Part shown: positions 32,002-42,215 of the stretch, piece after piece
How the letters are laid out: each line of letters starts with the position of its first letter
How positions within the stretch are numbered: the stretch's first letter is position 1
Assembly: GCA_037441385.1 (NCBI GenBank)
Contig: JBBISH010000001.1
Location: forward strand, 113,546 to 177,545
Length of the DNA stretch: 64,000 bases
From: Myxococcales bacterium
Lineage (GTDB): Bacteria > Myxococcota_A > UBA9042
Reading direction: 5' to 3'
Position numbers and translations under genes: made by a program
Notes under the pieces: generated by a model
Seen by the model: the letters and a program-made list of their open reading frames with translations, nothing else
Told to the model about the DNA's origin: nothing
The model's database searches: none

Positions 32002-34656
32002 ATGCAGCAAGGACTTGTGCGGATTGCGTTGGCGGTGGCCTCGGCTGCCGCGCTGGCCCAGTGCAGCAGCGACCCAGCTCCCGCCAAGGTTGCTGCGGCG
32101 GATGCTGCAGTCGAAACCGGTCCCGATTCGCAGGTTGCCGGCCTGGCCGATGCCAGCACCGCGGCGGACGCCCCCGTCGACGCGACCGCGACGGACACCG
32201 CGACAGAAGAGGTCGCGGAACCGAGCGACGTGGCGGTCGACACGTTTGGCGTGTATCCCAAGCAAGTTGCCGATGCCCCACCCGCCGTGACGCCGCGGTT
32301 TGCCATCCCAGCGACCGCCCCTGCCGCCGAGTGGAAGGGCGCGCCCGCCGGGCAGAAAGTCTATGTGCTGCCCAATGGCCGCTGGTTGACGCCGACCGGC
32401 GACGAGATCTTCCTGGGCGATTTTCCGCAGGGCCTGACCTTGCACCCAGGCGGCAAGGTGGCCTACGTGGCCAACGGCGGCCATGCCAAGGCGATCCAGG
32501 TAGTCGATCTCGCCAGCAAGAAGGTCATCCAGACGGTCAAAAAGCCCTTTATCTATCGATGGCTGTCCGTGTCGGCCGATGGCAAGTTCTTGTACGCGTC
32601 GGGCGGCCCGCGGCAGTCGGCCTGGCGCATGGAGATCGACGCCGACGGCAAACTGGGCAAAGACAAAGAGTACACGACCGAGAGCGGCTTCTTTGGCATT
32701 GCCGCCTCGCCAGACGGCAAGTATCTGTACGGGCTGGTGGATTTGGCCAAGGGCAGCGACGGCAAGCTGCATCCGCAGCTGTGGCGTATGGACACCGCCA
32801 CTGGCGACCACGATGCCACTGCGCAACTGGGCGATGCCCCCTACGACTTGGTGGTGGCACCCGACGGGAAGACTGCGTTTTCAATAGGTTGGCGCGGCGG
32901 ACGCGTGCAACGCATCGACTTGGGCAGCATGGCAGCGCCGGGCGAGGACCAGACCGTCAAGCTGGGTTGGAACGGCCAAGGCATCGCGCTGAGCCCCGAT
33001 GGCCAAACGGTGTACGCCACCGCGGTCGAGGGGGATCTGCTGGTGGCCATCGACGCCAAGACCCTGGCCAAGATCGCTGAGATTCCCCTCAATTTCGCCA
33101 AGGTACCCGGCATGGCGCCGCAGGGCCGCGACCCGGGCTTCGTGCGAGCTTCGCCCGATGGCAAGCGCGTCTACGTCGTGTGCGCCATGAGCAACGAGGT
33201 GATCGTGGTCGACGCGGCCAGCAAAGCGGTGGTCGGAACCATCCCCACGGGCTGGTACCCGTCGGCCCTCGCCATCTCGGCAGACAACAAGACGTTGTAT
33301 GTGGTCAACGCGAAAGGCAATGGCTATCCACCAGGGCCCTGGACGCTGGGCGGCGCCAGCGATGGCTACATGGGCACGCTGTCGATCATCGCGATCCCCG
33401 ACGACACCACGCTCAAGGCCAATCAAACCTTGGTGTTGGACAACATGTACGGCGTCCAAGGCATCGGCCGCGTCCCGGCAAGTGTCGAGGCCAAGCAAGT
33501 CCTGCCCGACACGGGCGGCTCGCAGCAGATTCGGCATGTGGTGTATTTGATCCGCGAAAACAAGACCTTTGACGTAGAACTGGGCGACCTGGCCGGCGAA
33601 GTGACGGGCGTGGTGGCCGATCCGCAGTACGCGCTGTTTGGCGAAGAGTACACCCCCAACTTGCACAAGCTGGCCAAGCAGTTCTGCTTGTTGGACAACT
33701 TCTATACCGACGGCGACTACTCTGCCGTGGGCCATAGCTACGCAATGGCAGGCAAGGCCTCGGACTACATCGAAAAGTTCTACCCCTTGCAGGATACTGG
33801 TGCCGCCGAGCTGACTTGGGGCGTGGGTCCGGCGTCGCGCCCGGGGCGCGGCTTCTTCTTTCACAACGTGCTGGCGCACGGGCTGACCGTGGCGAGCTAT
33901 GGCGAAGTGGTCGGCATGGTCGACGTGTATTCGCTGACCCAGATCATGCAGTTGAAGTGGCCAGGGCTCGCGTTCAACCTGACGGTGTTGGATATCGAGA
34001 AAGCCACGTGGTTCAAAGAACATATCAAGTCGATCGACTTGCCAAACTTTACCGTCATCGTGCTGCCGGTCAACCACACGTGCTGCGGCAACGTCCCCGA
34101 ACACCTGTCGCCCAAGTCGATGGTGGCCGACAACGACGAAGCGACCGGCGTGGTCATCGAGGCCCTAAGTCAGCACAAGGACTGGAATTCTACGGCAGTG
34201 TTCATCTTCGAGGATGACCCGCAAGACGGTGGAGATTCGGTGGAGTACCACCGCAGCCCGCTGCTGATCGTGTCCCCGTGGGCCAAGCACGGCCATGTCG
34301 AACACGCACACCACGCGACCGGCGCCATCCACGCCACGATGGAGCGCATCCTGGACGTGACCCCGCTGACCGAGCTGGATGCCCTGGCGGCGCCGGTCTA
34401 CGGCTGCTTCACCAACCAAGCGGACAAGGGCGCCTACCAGCACATCGCCAGGCTGTATCCGCCCACGTTGAACAAGGAAGAACCCAAGAAGAAGTGGAAC
34501 AAAGACTTGCAAGAGCAGTGGGACGACTACGGCGCGAACGACGTGGACGGCAAGCCAGGCCTGGGCCGCCTCCTTTGGCATCAATACCGGGGGAATCCAG
34601 CGCCTTGGCCTGTGCAACGCTATGCTCCAGAGGGCATTGAAGGCGACAACGATTGA
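32002..34656 (+). CDS. Lipoprotein: YncE/YVTN beta-propeller fused to phosphoesterase (alkaline phosphatase-like) domain
   Basis: SPDG repeats, IPTGWYPS; IRHVVYLIRENKTFD, TPNLHKLA, DNFY, EDD. Confidence 0.88.
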   Translation: MQQGLVRIALAVASAAALAQCSSDPAPAKVAAADAAVETGPDSQVAGLADASTAADAPVDATATDTATEEVAEPSDVAVDTFGVYPKQVADAPPAVTPRFAIPATAPAAEWKGAPAGQKVYVLPNGRWLTPTGDEIFLGDFPQGLTLHPGGKVAYVANGGHAKAIQVVDLASKKVIQTVKKPFIYRWLSVSADGKFLYASGGPRQSAWRMEIDADGKLGKDKEYTTESGFFGIAASPDGKYLYGLVDLAKGSDGKLHPQLWRMDTATGDHDATAQLGDAPYDLVVAPDGKTAFSIGWRGGRVQRIDLGSMAAPGEDQTVKLGWNGQGIALSPDGQTVYATAVEGDLLVAIDAKTLAKIAEIPLNFAKVPGMAPQGRDPGFVRASPDGKRVYVVCAMSNEVIVVDAASKAVVGTIPTGWYPSALAISADNKTLYVVNAKGNGYPPGPWTLGGASDGYMGTLSIIAIPDDTTLKANQTLVLDNMYGVQGIGRVPASVEAKQVLPDTGGSQQIRHVVYLIRENKTFDVELGDLAGEVTGVVADPQYALFGEEYTPNLHKLAKQFCLLDNFYTDGDYSAVGHSYAMAGKASDYIEKFYPLQDTGAAELTWGVGPASRPGRGFFFHNVLAHGLTVASYGEVVGMVDVYSLTQIMQLKWPGLAFNLTVLDIEKATWFKEHIKSIDLPNFTVIVLPVNHTCCGNVPEHLSPKSMVADNDEATGVVIEALSQHKDWNSTAVFIFEDDPQDGGDSVEYHRSPLLIVSPWAKHGHVEHAHHATGAIHATMERILDVTPLTELDALAAPVYGCFTNQADKGAYQHIARLYPPTLNKEEPKKKWNKDLQEQWDDYGANDVDGKPGLGRLLWHQYRGNPAPWPVQRYAPEGIEGDND

Positions 34657-36053
34657 AGAAGTCTCGCATTCTTGCCGCTGCGGCTTTGGCCACAGGCGTG
34701 GTCGTCGTCTACGCCAGCGCTTGCCGAACTCCCCAATCCACCGCTGCACCGATTGCCAGCCCCGCGCCAGCGCCGCAGCCTGAGCTTCCTGCTGCCATTA
34801 CCGCCACTTGCCCGTCGTCCGCTGGGACCGACGAAGCTGCGCCCCAACCGACGGCGCCCGTCCAGCGCGTGCGCAACCCGCACATGACCTGGCAACGCGA
34901 CCCGGCCAGCACCATCACGTTCACCTGGACGACCGACGCCGCCAACGTGGAAGCCTATGTGCCCAAGGCCATCGTGGCGCCGGCCAGTCTGGGGTGCGCC
35001 ACCGGCGAGCGGCTCTTTGCCGTCGGCCAAACCGTAGTGGGCAAAGGCGATGTCTTGGTTACCACGGTGGGCGGCGACCGCGTCCCAGTGCCGGCGTGGA
35101 CGGTGGAAGTCGCCGGTCTGCAGCCCGAAACGGACTACGTGGCGCGCGTGGGCGGCTGGACCGACGTGCCCGGCAAACGGCCAGCACAGGCCAACCTATC
35201 GGACCTTCTGCACTTCCGCACGGGCTCGCCCAAAGGCAGCCGGACCCCGTTCCAGGTCGTGCTCGCGGGCGACAGCCGCGGAGGTTCGTCCGAAATTCGC
35301 CAGCAGGCTGCCCGCTTGGCGGCCGTGCCCGCAGTCGCGTGGTTCTTCAACGGCGACATGACGCCGCGCGGCAGCCAAGACGAGTGGAACGACTGGTTTG
35401 CGGCGATGGCGCCGATCTTGCGCCGGCATCCACTGCTCCCCGTTCAAGGCAACCACGAGCTGCAAAGCGAGCTGTACTACTCGCAATTTGCGCTGCCGGT
35501 CGAACCGGGGCTGGCCAAGTCGCTGGCCGAGCACGCCTGGAGCGTCGACCTGGGCAATGTCCACTTTGTGGGCCTGGACAGCAACAATGCCGAGGGGATC
35601 GCACGGCAAGTCCCGTGGTTGACAGCTAATTTGGCCAAGGCCCAGGCCGACCCGGCCATCGATTTTACCGTGTGCATGATGCACCACGCGCCCTGGTCCG
35701 CCTCGGCCCATGGCAGCCACGAAGGGATTCAGGCCACTTGGGGGCCGCTGTTCGACCGCTATGGCGTCGATCTGGTCTTCTCGGGCCACGATCACGACTA
35801 CGAGCGCACCATTGCGCTGCAGGACGGCAAGGCGGCCGCAGTTGGTCAAGGGGTTGTGTACGTGGTCGCCGGCGGGTTCTTCGCACCCGGTTACCCCAAT
35901 GGTCACGAGTGGTTCACGGCTACTTCGGCCCACGGCGACCTGCGCAACTATGTGGTGCTGGGGGTGACGGGCCAAGCCCTTGGGTTGACAGCCTATTCGG
36001 GCGACGGACGCCGGGTCTTGGACCAATTTACCCTGCCCCGTCCGCCGCGTTGA
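34653..36053 (+). CDS. Purple acid phosphatase-family metallophosphoesterase
   Basis: FN3-like N-domain, GDS, GDM, GNHE, HHAP, GHDHDYER; TTGA overlap with the upstream gene. Confidence 0.88.
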   Translation: MKKSRILAAAALATGVVVVYASACRTPQSTAAPIASPAPAPQPELPAAITATCPSSAGTDEAAPQPTAPVQRVRNPHMTWQRDPASTITFTWTTDAANVEAYVPKAIVAPASLGCATGERLFAVGQTVVGKGDVLVTTVGGDRVPVPAWTVEVAGLQPETDYVARVGGWTDVPGKRPAQANLSDLLHFRTGSPKGSRTPFQVVLAGDSRGGSSEIRQQAARLAAVPAVAWFFNGDMTPRGSQDEWNDWFAAMAPILRRHPLLPVQGNHELQSELYYSQFALPVEPGLAKSLAEHAWSVDLGNVHFVGLDSNNAEGIARQVPWLTANLAKAQADPAIDFTVCMMHHAPWSASAHGSHEGIQATWGPLFDRYGVDLVFSGHDHDYERTIALQDGKAAAVGQGVVYVVAGGFFAPGYPNGHEWFTATSAHGDLRNYVVLGVTGQALGLTAYSGDGRRVLDQFTLPRPPR

Positions 36054-36116
36054 GTTTTTGCCCCGGCGGGCCTAGCTTGGCAGTTGCGCGATTTGCGCTG
36101 CCAAACGGAGCCAGCC

Positions 36117-38294
36117 GTGGCCGACGAAACCGGGAGCGCGCCCGAATCTCCCCTAAAAACAGGCCTGAAATTCGACTGTGGTGACTTGGCGGAGCACCCC
36201 CTGTTGGGGCTCTTGGGTCAAGAAGACCGCACGGTACTGTGCGAGTGCCTGGAGCGCGTCGAGGCCCAGCTGGGCAACTCGATCGTGGTGCAAGGTGCCG
36301 ACGATCAAGCCCTTTACTTCGTGTTCGACGGCGAGGCGCGGGTCGTGCGCGACGGCATCGACATCGGCGCCATCCACCCCGGCGACCACTTTGGCGAGTT
36401 GGGGATGGTCTTGCAGCGCCGCCGCGCCGCCTCGGTCCAGGCCCTGACGCAGCTGCAGCTCGCCCGGCTGGACCGCGACAGGTACATGGAACTCATCGCG
36501 AACCACCCACAAACCGCCGTGCGCCTGCTCGAAACCGTGGTGGGCGGCGTGGCGGCCCGGCTCGAGGTCATGACCGACAATGTCAGTCTGCTCTTGCGCG
36601 ATCGGTCGCTGGCGCGCCGCACCGAAGTACGCATTCGGATTGGCACCCAGTGGCAAACGTTGCGGACCGGCACGCCCGTGGGTGCCGTGTTGCCGCGGCT
36701 GGTCGGCGACGCACCCGTGGTGGCCGCGCTGGTGGATCACCGCATCGTCTCGCTGAGTTGGCCGCTCACGTCGCAGTGCAGTGTGGCGGCGTTGACCACC
36801 GCGGACTCGGAGGGGCAAGAAGTCGTACGTAATTCCGCGGCCTTGTTGCTACTTGAAGCCGCTTACCACTTGGACCCGTCGCTGCAGATCGAGATGGGCT
36901 ACTCGATTGGCGTGGGCCGGCGCATCGTGGTGCGCGAGTCGCTGACCGGCACCAGCGCCAGCCTGGCCCACGAGCTGGAGCAAGGCATCCACGCGCTCAT
37001 CCACAGCGGCGGCCGCCCCCGCGAAGAATGGTGGACCGTAGAGGAGGCGCGCGACCACTTTGTCGACCGCGGCTGGGAGTCGGCGGCAACGCTGCTGCGC
37101 ACCTGGCACCACCCCACGGTGTCGCTGTGCTCGTATGGCGAGGTGTACGCCCTCAGCTTCTCGGCGCTCGTCGAGGACTTGCAGCTCCTACACGGCACGC
37201 GCGTCGTCTCGGATCACTCGGGCCTGTACCTGCACTACCCGTCGGTCGCGATCGCCCGCAACGGCAGCGCCCACACCGCGTTGGTCGACGTAGGCATGGT
37301 ATCGCAGCAAACCAGCGCGATGACCAACCCGCAAGAGAAGTGGCTGCAGGCACTGGGCGTGCGCTCGGTCGGCAACTTCAACGACGCCTGCATCCGCGGC
37401 GACGTAGCCCAGATGATCCGCGTGGCCGAAGGCTTCCAAGAAAAGCGCATCATCGAGATCGCCGACCGCATCCGCGAGCATCACAACGTCATCCGCATCG
37501 TCTCGATCGCCGGGCCGTCTTCGTCGGGCAAGACGACCTTCATCAAGCGCTTGAAAGTGCAGCTGCAAGTCGACGGCCTGCAGCCCGTTGGCCTATCGCT
37601 GGACGACTACTACATCGACCGCGAGCAAACGCCGCGCGACGAAAAGGGCGAATACGATTTCGAGGCATTTGAAGCGTTGCGTTTCCAGCTGCTCCAAGAG
37701 CACCTGCAGCAACTGTTGGCCGGGCAAGAGGTCGCGACGGCGCGCTACGACTTCCAGACCGGCCATTCGCACCCGGCTGGCGGCCCGCTTTTGCACCTGC
37801 GCGACAACGAAATCCTGTTGCTCGAAGGGATCCATGGCCTGAACCCGGACTTGCTGGCCGGCATCGACATGAAGCACGTGTTCAGCATCTTTGTGTGTCC
37901 CCTGGCCCAGCTGCCCTTTGACCGTCTGACCCGCATCAATGCGTCGGATGTGCGCTTGCTGCGGCGCATCGTCCGTGACCGCCATACGCGCAACCACGAC
38001 GCCGCGCAGACGATTGCCCGCTGGCCGTCGGTCCGGATGGGCGAGCGCAAGCACATTTTCCCCTATCAGGGGCAGGCCAGCGCCGTGTTCGACTCGTCGC
38101 TGATCTACGAAGTGAGCGTGCTCAAGGTATTCGCCCAGCGCTACCTGCTCGAGGTGCCCAGCAGCGACCCGTCGTATGCTACCGCCGCCCGGCTGCTGTC
38201 GCTGCTCGACCGGTTCGTGACCATCTACCCGGACCACGTGCCGCCAACCTCGATTTTGCGCGAATTCATCGGCTCTTCTGGCTTCGAGTACTGA
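36117..38294 (+). CDS. cNMP-binding domain fused to ThrRS-N-like region and uridine/nucleoside kinase
   Basis: GDHFGELG...RRAASV cNMP cassette; GPSSSGKTT P-loop, LDDYY, EGIHGLNP, RRIVRD, SILREFIG; GGAG RBS before GTG. Confidence 0.88.
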   Translation: MADETGSAPESPLKTGLKFDCGDLAEHPLLGLLGQEDRTVLCECLERVEAQLGNSIVVQGADDQALYFVFDGEARVVRDGIDIGAIHPGDHFGELGMVLQRRRAASVQALTQLQLARLDRDRYMELIANHPQTAVRLLETVVGGVAARLEVMTDNVSLLLRDRSLARRTEVRIRIGTQWQTLRTGTPVGAVLPRLVGDAPVVAALVDHRIVSLSWPLTSQCSVAALTTADSEGQEVVRNSAALLLLEAAYHLDPSLQIEMGYSIGVGRRIVVRESLTGTSASLAHELEQGIHALIHSGGRPREEWWTVEEARDHFVDRGWESAATLLRTWHHPTVSLCSYGEVYALSFSALVEDLQLLHGTRVVSDHSGLYLHYPSVAIARNGSAHTALVDVGMVSQQTSAMTNPQEKWLQALGVRSVGNFNDACIRGDVAQMIRVAEGFQEKRIIEIADRIREHHNVIRIVSIAGPSSSGKTTFIKRLKVQLQVDGLQPVGLSLDDYYIDREQTPRDEKGEYDFEAFEALRFQLLQEHLQQLLAGQEVATARYDFQTGHSHPAGGPLLHLRDNEILLLEGIHGLNPDLLAGIDMKHVFSIFVCPLAQLPFDRLTRINASDVRLLRRIVRDRHTRNHDAAQTIARWPSVRMGERKHIFPYQGQASAVFDSSLIYEVSVLKVFAQRYLLEVPSSDPSYATAARLLSLLDRFVTIYPDHVPPTSILREFIGSSGFEY

Positions 38295-38320
38295 CCCAGG
38301 CCAACACCGCTCATACCAGT

Positions 38321-38448
38321 TCCGTCCGAATCGGATCGAAAACTCGGGCAATTCTTCGGGCCCGAACCGGGGTCCCCGCCTGATTCTCGCCAGTTGCAGA
38401 ACGGGTCAGAAAAGCCGTACAGGCGCGAATCAGGTGGGGTGCGTATCA
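38321..38448. repeat. ~128-bp intergenic repeat, copy 1
   Basis: Aligns without gaps to 38536-38663; internal 18-bp inverted repeat. Confidence 0.9.
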
Positions 38449-38535
38449 GAGCCAACACCGCCCAGAGCTCGCTGCGGCCGCCCTGACCGCGCGATCGGGC
38501 CGCGACGTCCCACCATCTTGCCGGCCCCGACCGGA

Positions 38536-38663
38536 TCCGTTCAAATCGGATCGAAAACTCAGGCAATTCTCAGGGCCCGAACCAGGGTCCCCGCCTGATT
38601 CTCGCCAGTTGCACAACGGGTCAGACGAGGCGTACAGGCGTGAATCCGGTGGGGTGCGTACCA
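38536..38663. repeat. ~128-bp intergenic repeat, copy 2
   Basis: Direct repeat of copy 1, offset 215 bp. Confidence 0.9.
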
Positions 38664-38721
38664 TGGGAATACTTGCGCGGGTCCAAGGCTTTCCGTAGCT
38701 TGAAAGCAGGAGGCCGAACCC

Positions 38722-39552
38722 GTGACCCCAGTTGATCCCCAGCCCCAACCGCGCCGCAACCTATGGCTGCGCCGCCTGCCGTTTGTGGCCGGGCTGCTCG
38801 CCGTGGGCGGGTTGGTCGGGTGGGCCAGCTTGCGGCCCCTGCCGTCAGCGCTGCCGCCGCCGCAGTCGGCCTCTGAACCCCACTTGGCGCAAAAACTGGC
38901 ATTCGATCCGCGCTCGGCCATCCGCTTGGTCGCGACCGTGCGCTGGGGCCATCCAGAAGCCAAGGCCGACGAGGTCGGGCCAACTGGCCAGACGGTGACT
39001 TGGGACGGCTACCTCTCGTTGAACTGCGGCGCCATCGAGCAGGTGGAGCCGCTGGGCCTAGAGCTGTTGCGCGACGACGAGGGCCGTCCAACGGCCGGCG
39101 ACCGCATGGGACCGGTCGTGATCGGCGAAAAGGGCGACCAACGCGTCTACTGGCGCTCGTCCACCGGGCTGGATTGGGACGGCGTGCGAGTACAGGTCGC
39201 AGCCTGCCCGCGCGGCGAAGAGCCGTCCGTCTTGCGGGTCGTTACGCCGCCGCGCACCTATGTGGCGCGCCTGGACTGGACGGTCGACGACTTTGTTTCG
39301 ATGCCCGTTGGCCACGGGGGCGCCTCGCTCGACGTGCACATTGCCGCCGCCAAAGATGCCGATAGTCTGCAGGCGTCGCGCATCACTGCGGCCCCGCCAC
39401 CACCGCCAACGCGCCTGGCGCCCGTGGCCGAGAGCCATGAAACGGCCGACCCCGATGACCCGGCTGCGGTCGTACCCGGCACCGCGCAAGGCGAGCCGGC
39501 CTCTGGCCTCTCGGCGCAGGGTGCCGCGCCCGCAGTCGGTCCCGTGCAGTAG
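38722..39552 (+). CDS. Hypothetical membrane-anchored protein
   Basis: AGGAGG RBS, GTG start, N-terminal TM helix, Pro/Ala tail. Confidence 0.75.
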   Translation: MTPVDPQPQPRRNLWLRRLPFVAGLLAVGGLVGWASLRPLPSALPPPQSASEPHLAQKLAFDPRSAIRLVATVRWGHPEAKADEVGPTGQTVTWDGYLSLNCGAIEQVEPLGLELLRDDEGRPTAGDRMGPVVIGEKGDQRVYWRSSTGLDWDGVRVQVAACPRGEEPSVLRVVTPPRTYVARLDWTVDDFVSMPVGHGGASLDVHIAAAKDADSLQASRITAAPPPPPTRLAPVAESHETADPDDPAAVVPGTAQGEPASGLSAQGAAPAVGPVQ

Positions 39553-39619
39553 GCGAATCCACGCCCCCCAGCCGTCCGGCCCTGCCGCGAAGCGCTCTGC
39601 CAGCGAGCATCCCACCGAA

Positions 39620-39747
39620 TCCATGCGAATCGGCGCAAAAGACTTGGGGAATGGGGCTGGCCCGCACCGGGATCCCCGCCTGATTCTCGCCAGTTGCACG
39701 AGAGGCCAGCCAAGCCGTGCGCCACGAATCAAGTGGGGCTTGTGTCA
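39620..39747. repeat. ~128-bp intergenic repeat, diverged copy 3
   Basis: Identical core TCCCCGCCTGATTCTCGCCAGTTGCA with diverged flanks (AAGCCGT...GAATCAAGTGGGG); ends approximate. Confidence 0.8.
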
Positions 39748-39820
39748 GGGAAACCGTGCTGTTCTTGCGCTGGGCTATCGAGTCTTGGCCCCGCCGCACA
39801 GCCGTCGCCAGAGTCTGCGA

Positions 39821-41179
39821 CTACTTGAAGAAGCGGCCGGGGTCGATCGCGATGTCCAGATACACGCCGGCGTTGCGATTGAAATACGGCGTCTGGTAGG
39901 TCGAGTTCGGCGCGAGCTGCGAGTTGAACGTCTCCAGACCCGTCGCCACCGCAAACCCGTCGACCAACTCGTACTCCAAGTTGATGTTCCAGTACATCAG
40001 GGCGCGGAAGCTCACATTGTCGGCGCGCGGGTTGACGGTGGTACCGTCGGTCAGCGTGGTGCCATGCAGCGCATACAGCCAGTCGGCGAACTCGCCACCC
40101 AGGACCGTGACAGAAAACTTCTTGGTGGCCTGCCAGCTGACGGTGCCGATGTTCAGCCAGCGGTACTCGGTGTTGCGGACGCCCGTGTTGACGAACGGGT
40201 CGCAGGCGGCGCCCACGGTACAGCCGCTCAGCCAGGGCTTTTCCAGCTCGCCGGTGGTGTACTTGTTCCAATACCGCGTGGCGCGAGAGATCCAGGCTAC
40301 GCGAAACGGTCCCTTGGACCAAGCCGTGGACATGCCCAGGCCCGTGCCAGCGTACATCGTGCGCATGCGCGAGCCCTTGCTGGTGGGCACGGCCAGCTGA
40401 GCGTCAAAGTTGATGCCCAACCCCAACGATTCGAACTTGAAGGCGCGATAGCCCACGGTGAGCAGCGTGTCCGAGAACGTCGTCTCGTTGGCGTAGGTGT
40501 TGCTGTCGGCCTCGGTGATCTCGCGGAAGACGAACAAGCTGCCGGCAAGATAGAACTTCTTGCCCAGGTTGACGCGCGGCGCCAGGATCAGGGCCTGGGC
40601 GTAGTACGGATTCCAGGTGGGATCGACCGACTTGCTGAACGTGTAGGCCGAGGCGACGTTGCGGTAGATCAGCGAGGTGCCCTCGAACAGGCTGGGCCCC
40701 TTGGTGGCCTCGCTGCTGGCGGCCACAGCCGCGTCGTCGGCCGCTTTCTTTTCATCTGCGGCCTTCTTGGCAGCCTGGGCCGCCTTGGTTTCCTCGACTA
40801 GACGGGCAGCTTCGGCTTCGGCTTCAGCAGCCTTCTTGGCCGCCTCGGCCCTTTCGGCCTCTAGGCGCGCGGCTTCGGCAGCGGCGGCCGTGGCGTCGGC
40901 AGGAGCCGCGACCGGCGCAGGTTGAACCGGCGCGGGCTGGGCTGGCACCGGCGCGGGCTCGGCGGGCGCAGCAGGTACGGCAGGGGCCGGCGCAGGTTCG
41001 GCAGGCGCGGCCGGGGCCGGCGCGGGCTCATCTGCCCGAGCAACGGCGATCGTGCTGGGTGCCGTCGACGCCAGCACCGTGCTGATCAAGACAGCCAAGG
41101 TCAGGTTGGGCAGCTTCGCGTGCGGCAGTGTTGCGTTGGGCTGGGCCGCGCTGGGCAGGGTCAGGTTCGAAATGCGCAT
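39821..41179 (-). CDS. Probable outer-membrane beta-barrel protein with Pro/Ala/Glu-rich N-terminal linker
   Basis: Signal peptide, PAPA/AEA linker, alternating aromatic beta-strand pattern; fold inferred. Confidence 0.65.
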   Translation of the reverse strand: MRISNLTLPSAAQPNATLPHAKLPNLTLAVLISTVLASTAPSTIAVARADEPAPAPAAPAEPAPAPAVPAAPAEPAPVPAQPAPVQPAPVAAPADATAAAAEAARLEAERAEAAKKAAEAEAEAARLVEETKAAQAAKKAADEKKAADDAAVAASSEATKGPSLFEGTSLIYRNVASAYTFSKSVDPTWNPYYAQALILAPRVNLGKKFYLAGSLFVFREITEADSNTYANETTFSDTLLTVGYRAFKFESLGLGINFDAQLAVPTSKGSRMRTMYAGTGLGMSTAWSKGPFRVAWISRATRYWNKYTTGELEKPWLSGCTVGAACDPFVNTGVRNTEYRWLNIGTVSWQATKKFSVTVLGGEFADWLYALHGTTLTDGTTVNPRADNVSFRALMYWNINLEYELVDGFAVATGLETFNSQLAPNSTYQTPYFNRNAGVYLDIAIDPGRFFK

Positions 41180-41363
41180 GGACTTCCAGGATTTCATCTT
41201 GGCTCGGCTGGGCGAGTGGCCGCCAGAACGGCGGCAAGCCAGACAGGATAGCGCAGGCAACCCGCGCTGGGAAGCGGAAAATGCGCAGTGTGCGCGCTGC
41301 TTGGGGCATTTCGCGATTGCGGCCAGCCCGCGGCTTGGGGCACGATGGCACAGCGGAGGCAGC

Positions 41364-41810
41364 ATGTTGGCAGCTACGGCCGAGATCGATGTGGAGTGCT
41401 CGCCCCAGGTGGCCGCAGACGTGCTGTGGGACGTGGGCGCGTATCCCGATTTCTTGAGTGATGTACTTGAGGTCGAGGTTCAGGACCAGCCCGAGGGACG
41501 CGACGCTGTGTTTCACGTGCGCGTGTTTCGTGCCCGGCAATTTCGAGTGGGGCTAGTGCGGGACCAAGGCTACGGGCTGCGCTGGCACTTGATCGCCGGC
41601 GAGTACTTGCGCGACCTGCAGGGGTCGTGGACGGTGGTCGAGCTTGCGCCAGGGCTGACACGACTGACCTATGCGCTGCACGTCGACCTGGACTTTGCCA
41701 TCCCCGACGCGATCGCCCGCCGCTTTACCGAATTTGGCCTGCCCACCGTCATGCGGCAGTTCAAGGCCCGCATGGAGACGATGGCAGCGCTGGAAGACCT
41801 GACGCGCTAG
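41364..41810 (+). CDS. SRPBCC/START (polyketide cyclase/Coq10-like) protein
   Basis: WDVGAYPDF, LQGSW, TRLTY; GGAGG RBS. Confidence 0.82.
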   Translation: MLAATAEIDVECSPQVAADVLWDVGAYPDFLSDVLEVEVQDQPEGRDAVFHVRVFRARQFRVGLVRDQGYGLRWHLIAGEYLRDLQGSWTVVELAPGLTRLTYALHVDLDFAIPDAIARRFTEFGLPTVMRQFKARMETMAALEDLTR

Positions 41811-42215
41811 AGACGCGACCAATTACGGCTCATTCGTTCGGTAGTTGCCCCTACTGGCCGCGTCTCCAGCTCCAAGCGGGGCGCAAGCGAACGCCTGCGG
41901 CGACTCGCCGCGCCGATTTCGACGGCTGGGACGCACGGAGAAAGTCCAAATAGCATGTTTCCGATCAGGTAGTTGCGCTCAGCCTCACGCTGACACCGCA
42001 GCGGGGCAAGCAATTGGAACAGGATTTTGGACTTGCTCGCGGCAACGGCGTCTACACCGGCCGCCGTGTGCCACCGCTTTGCCACAAGTACCCAAAAACA
42101 GGCCATCCAGCGGTTGGCAGCGGGGAACCAGCGTTGTACGACCACCGAGCATGACCTAAACTGCCCACCCAGGGCGGCCACCCTTGCGGGTTGGGCCGAT
42201 GGACGGGGGAGAGCC

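Noticed and set aside
38321..39747. CRISPR array interpretation of the 128-bp repeats
   Set aside because: Units are too long, only three, unevenly spaced, and there are no cas genes
41811..42215. Small ORFs in the gap before the Fnr-like gene
   Set aside because: No RBS, motif or codon-bias support; treated as intergenic
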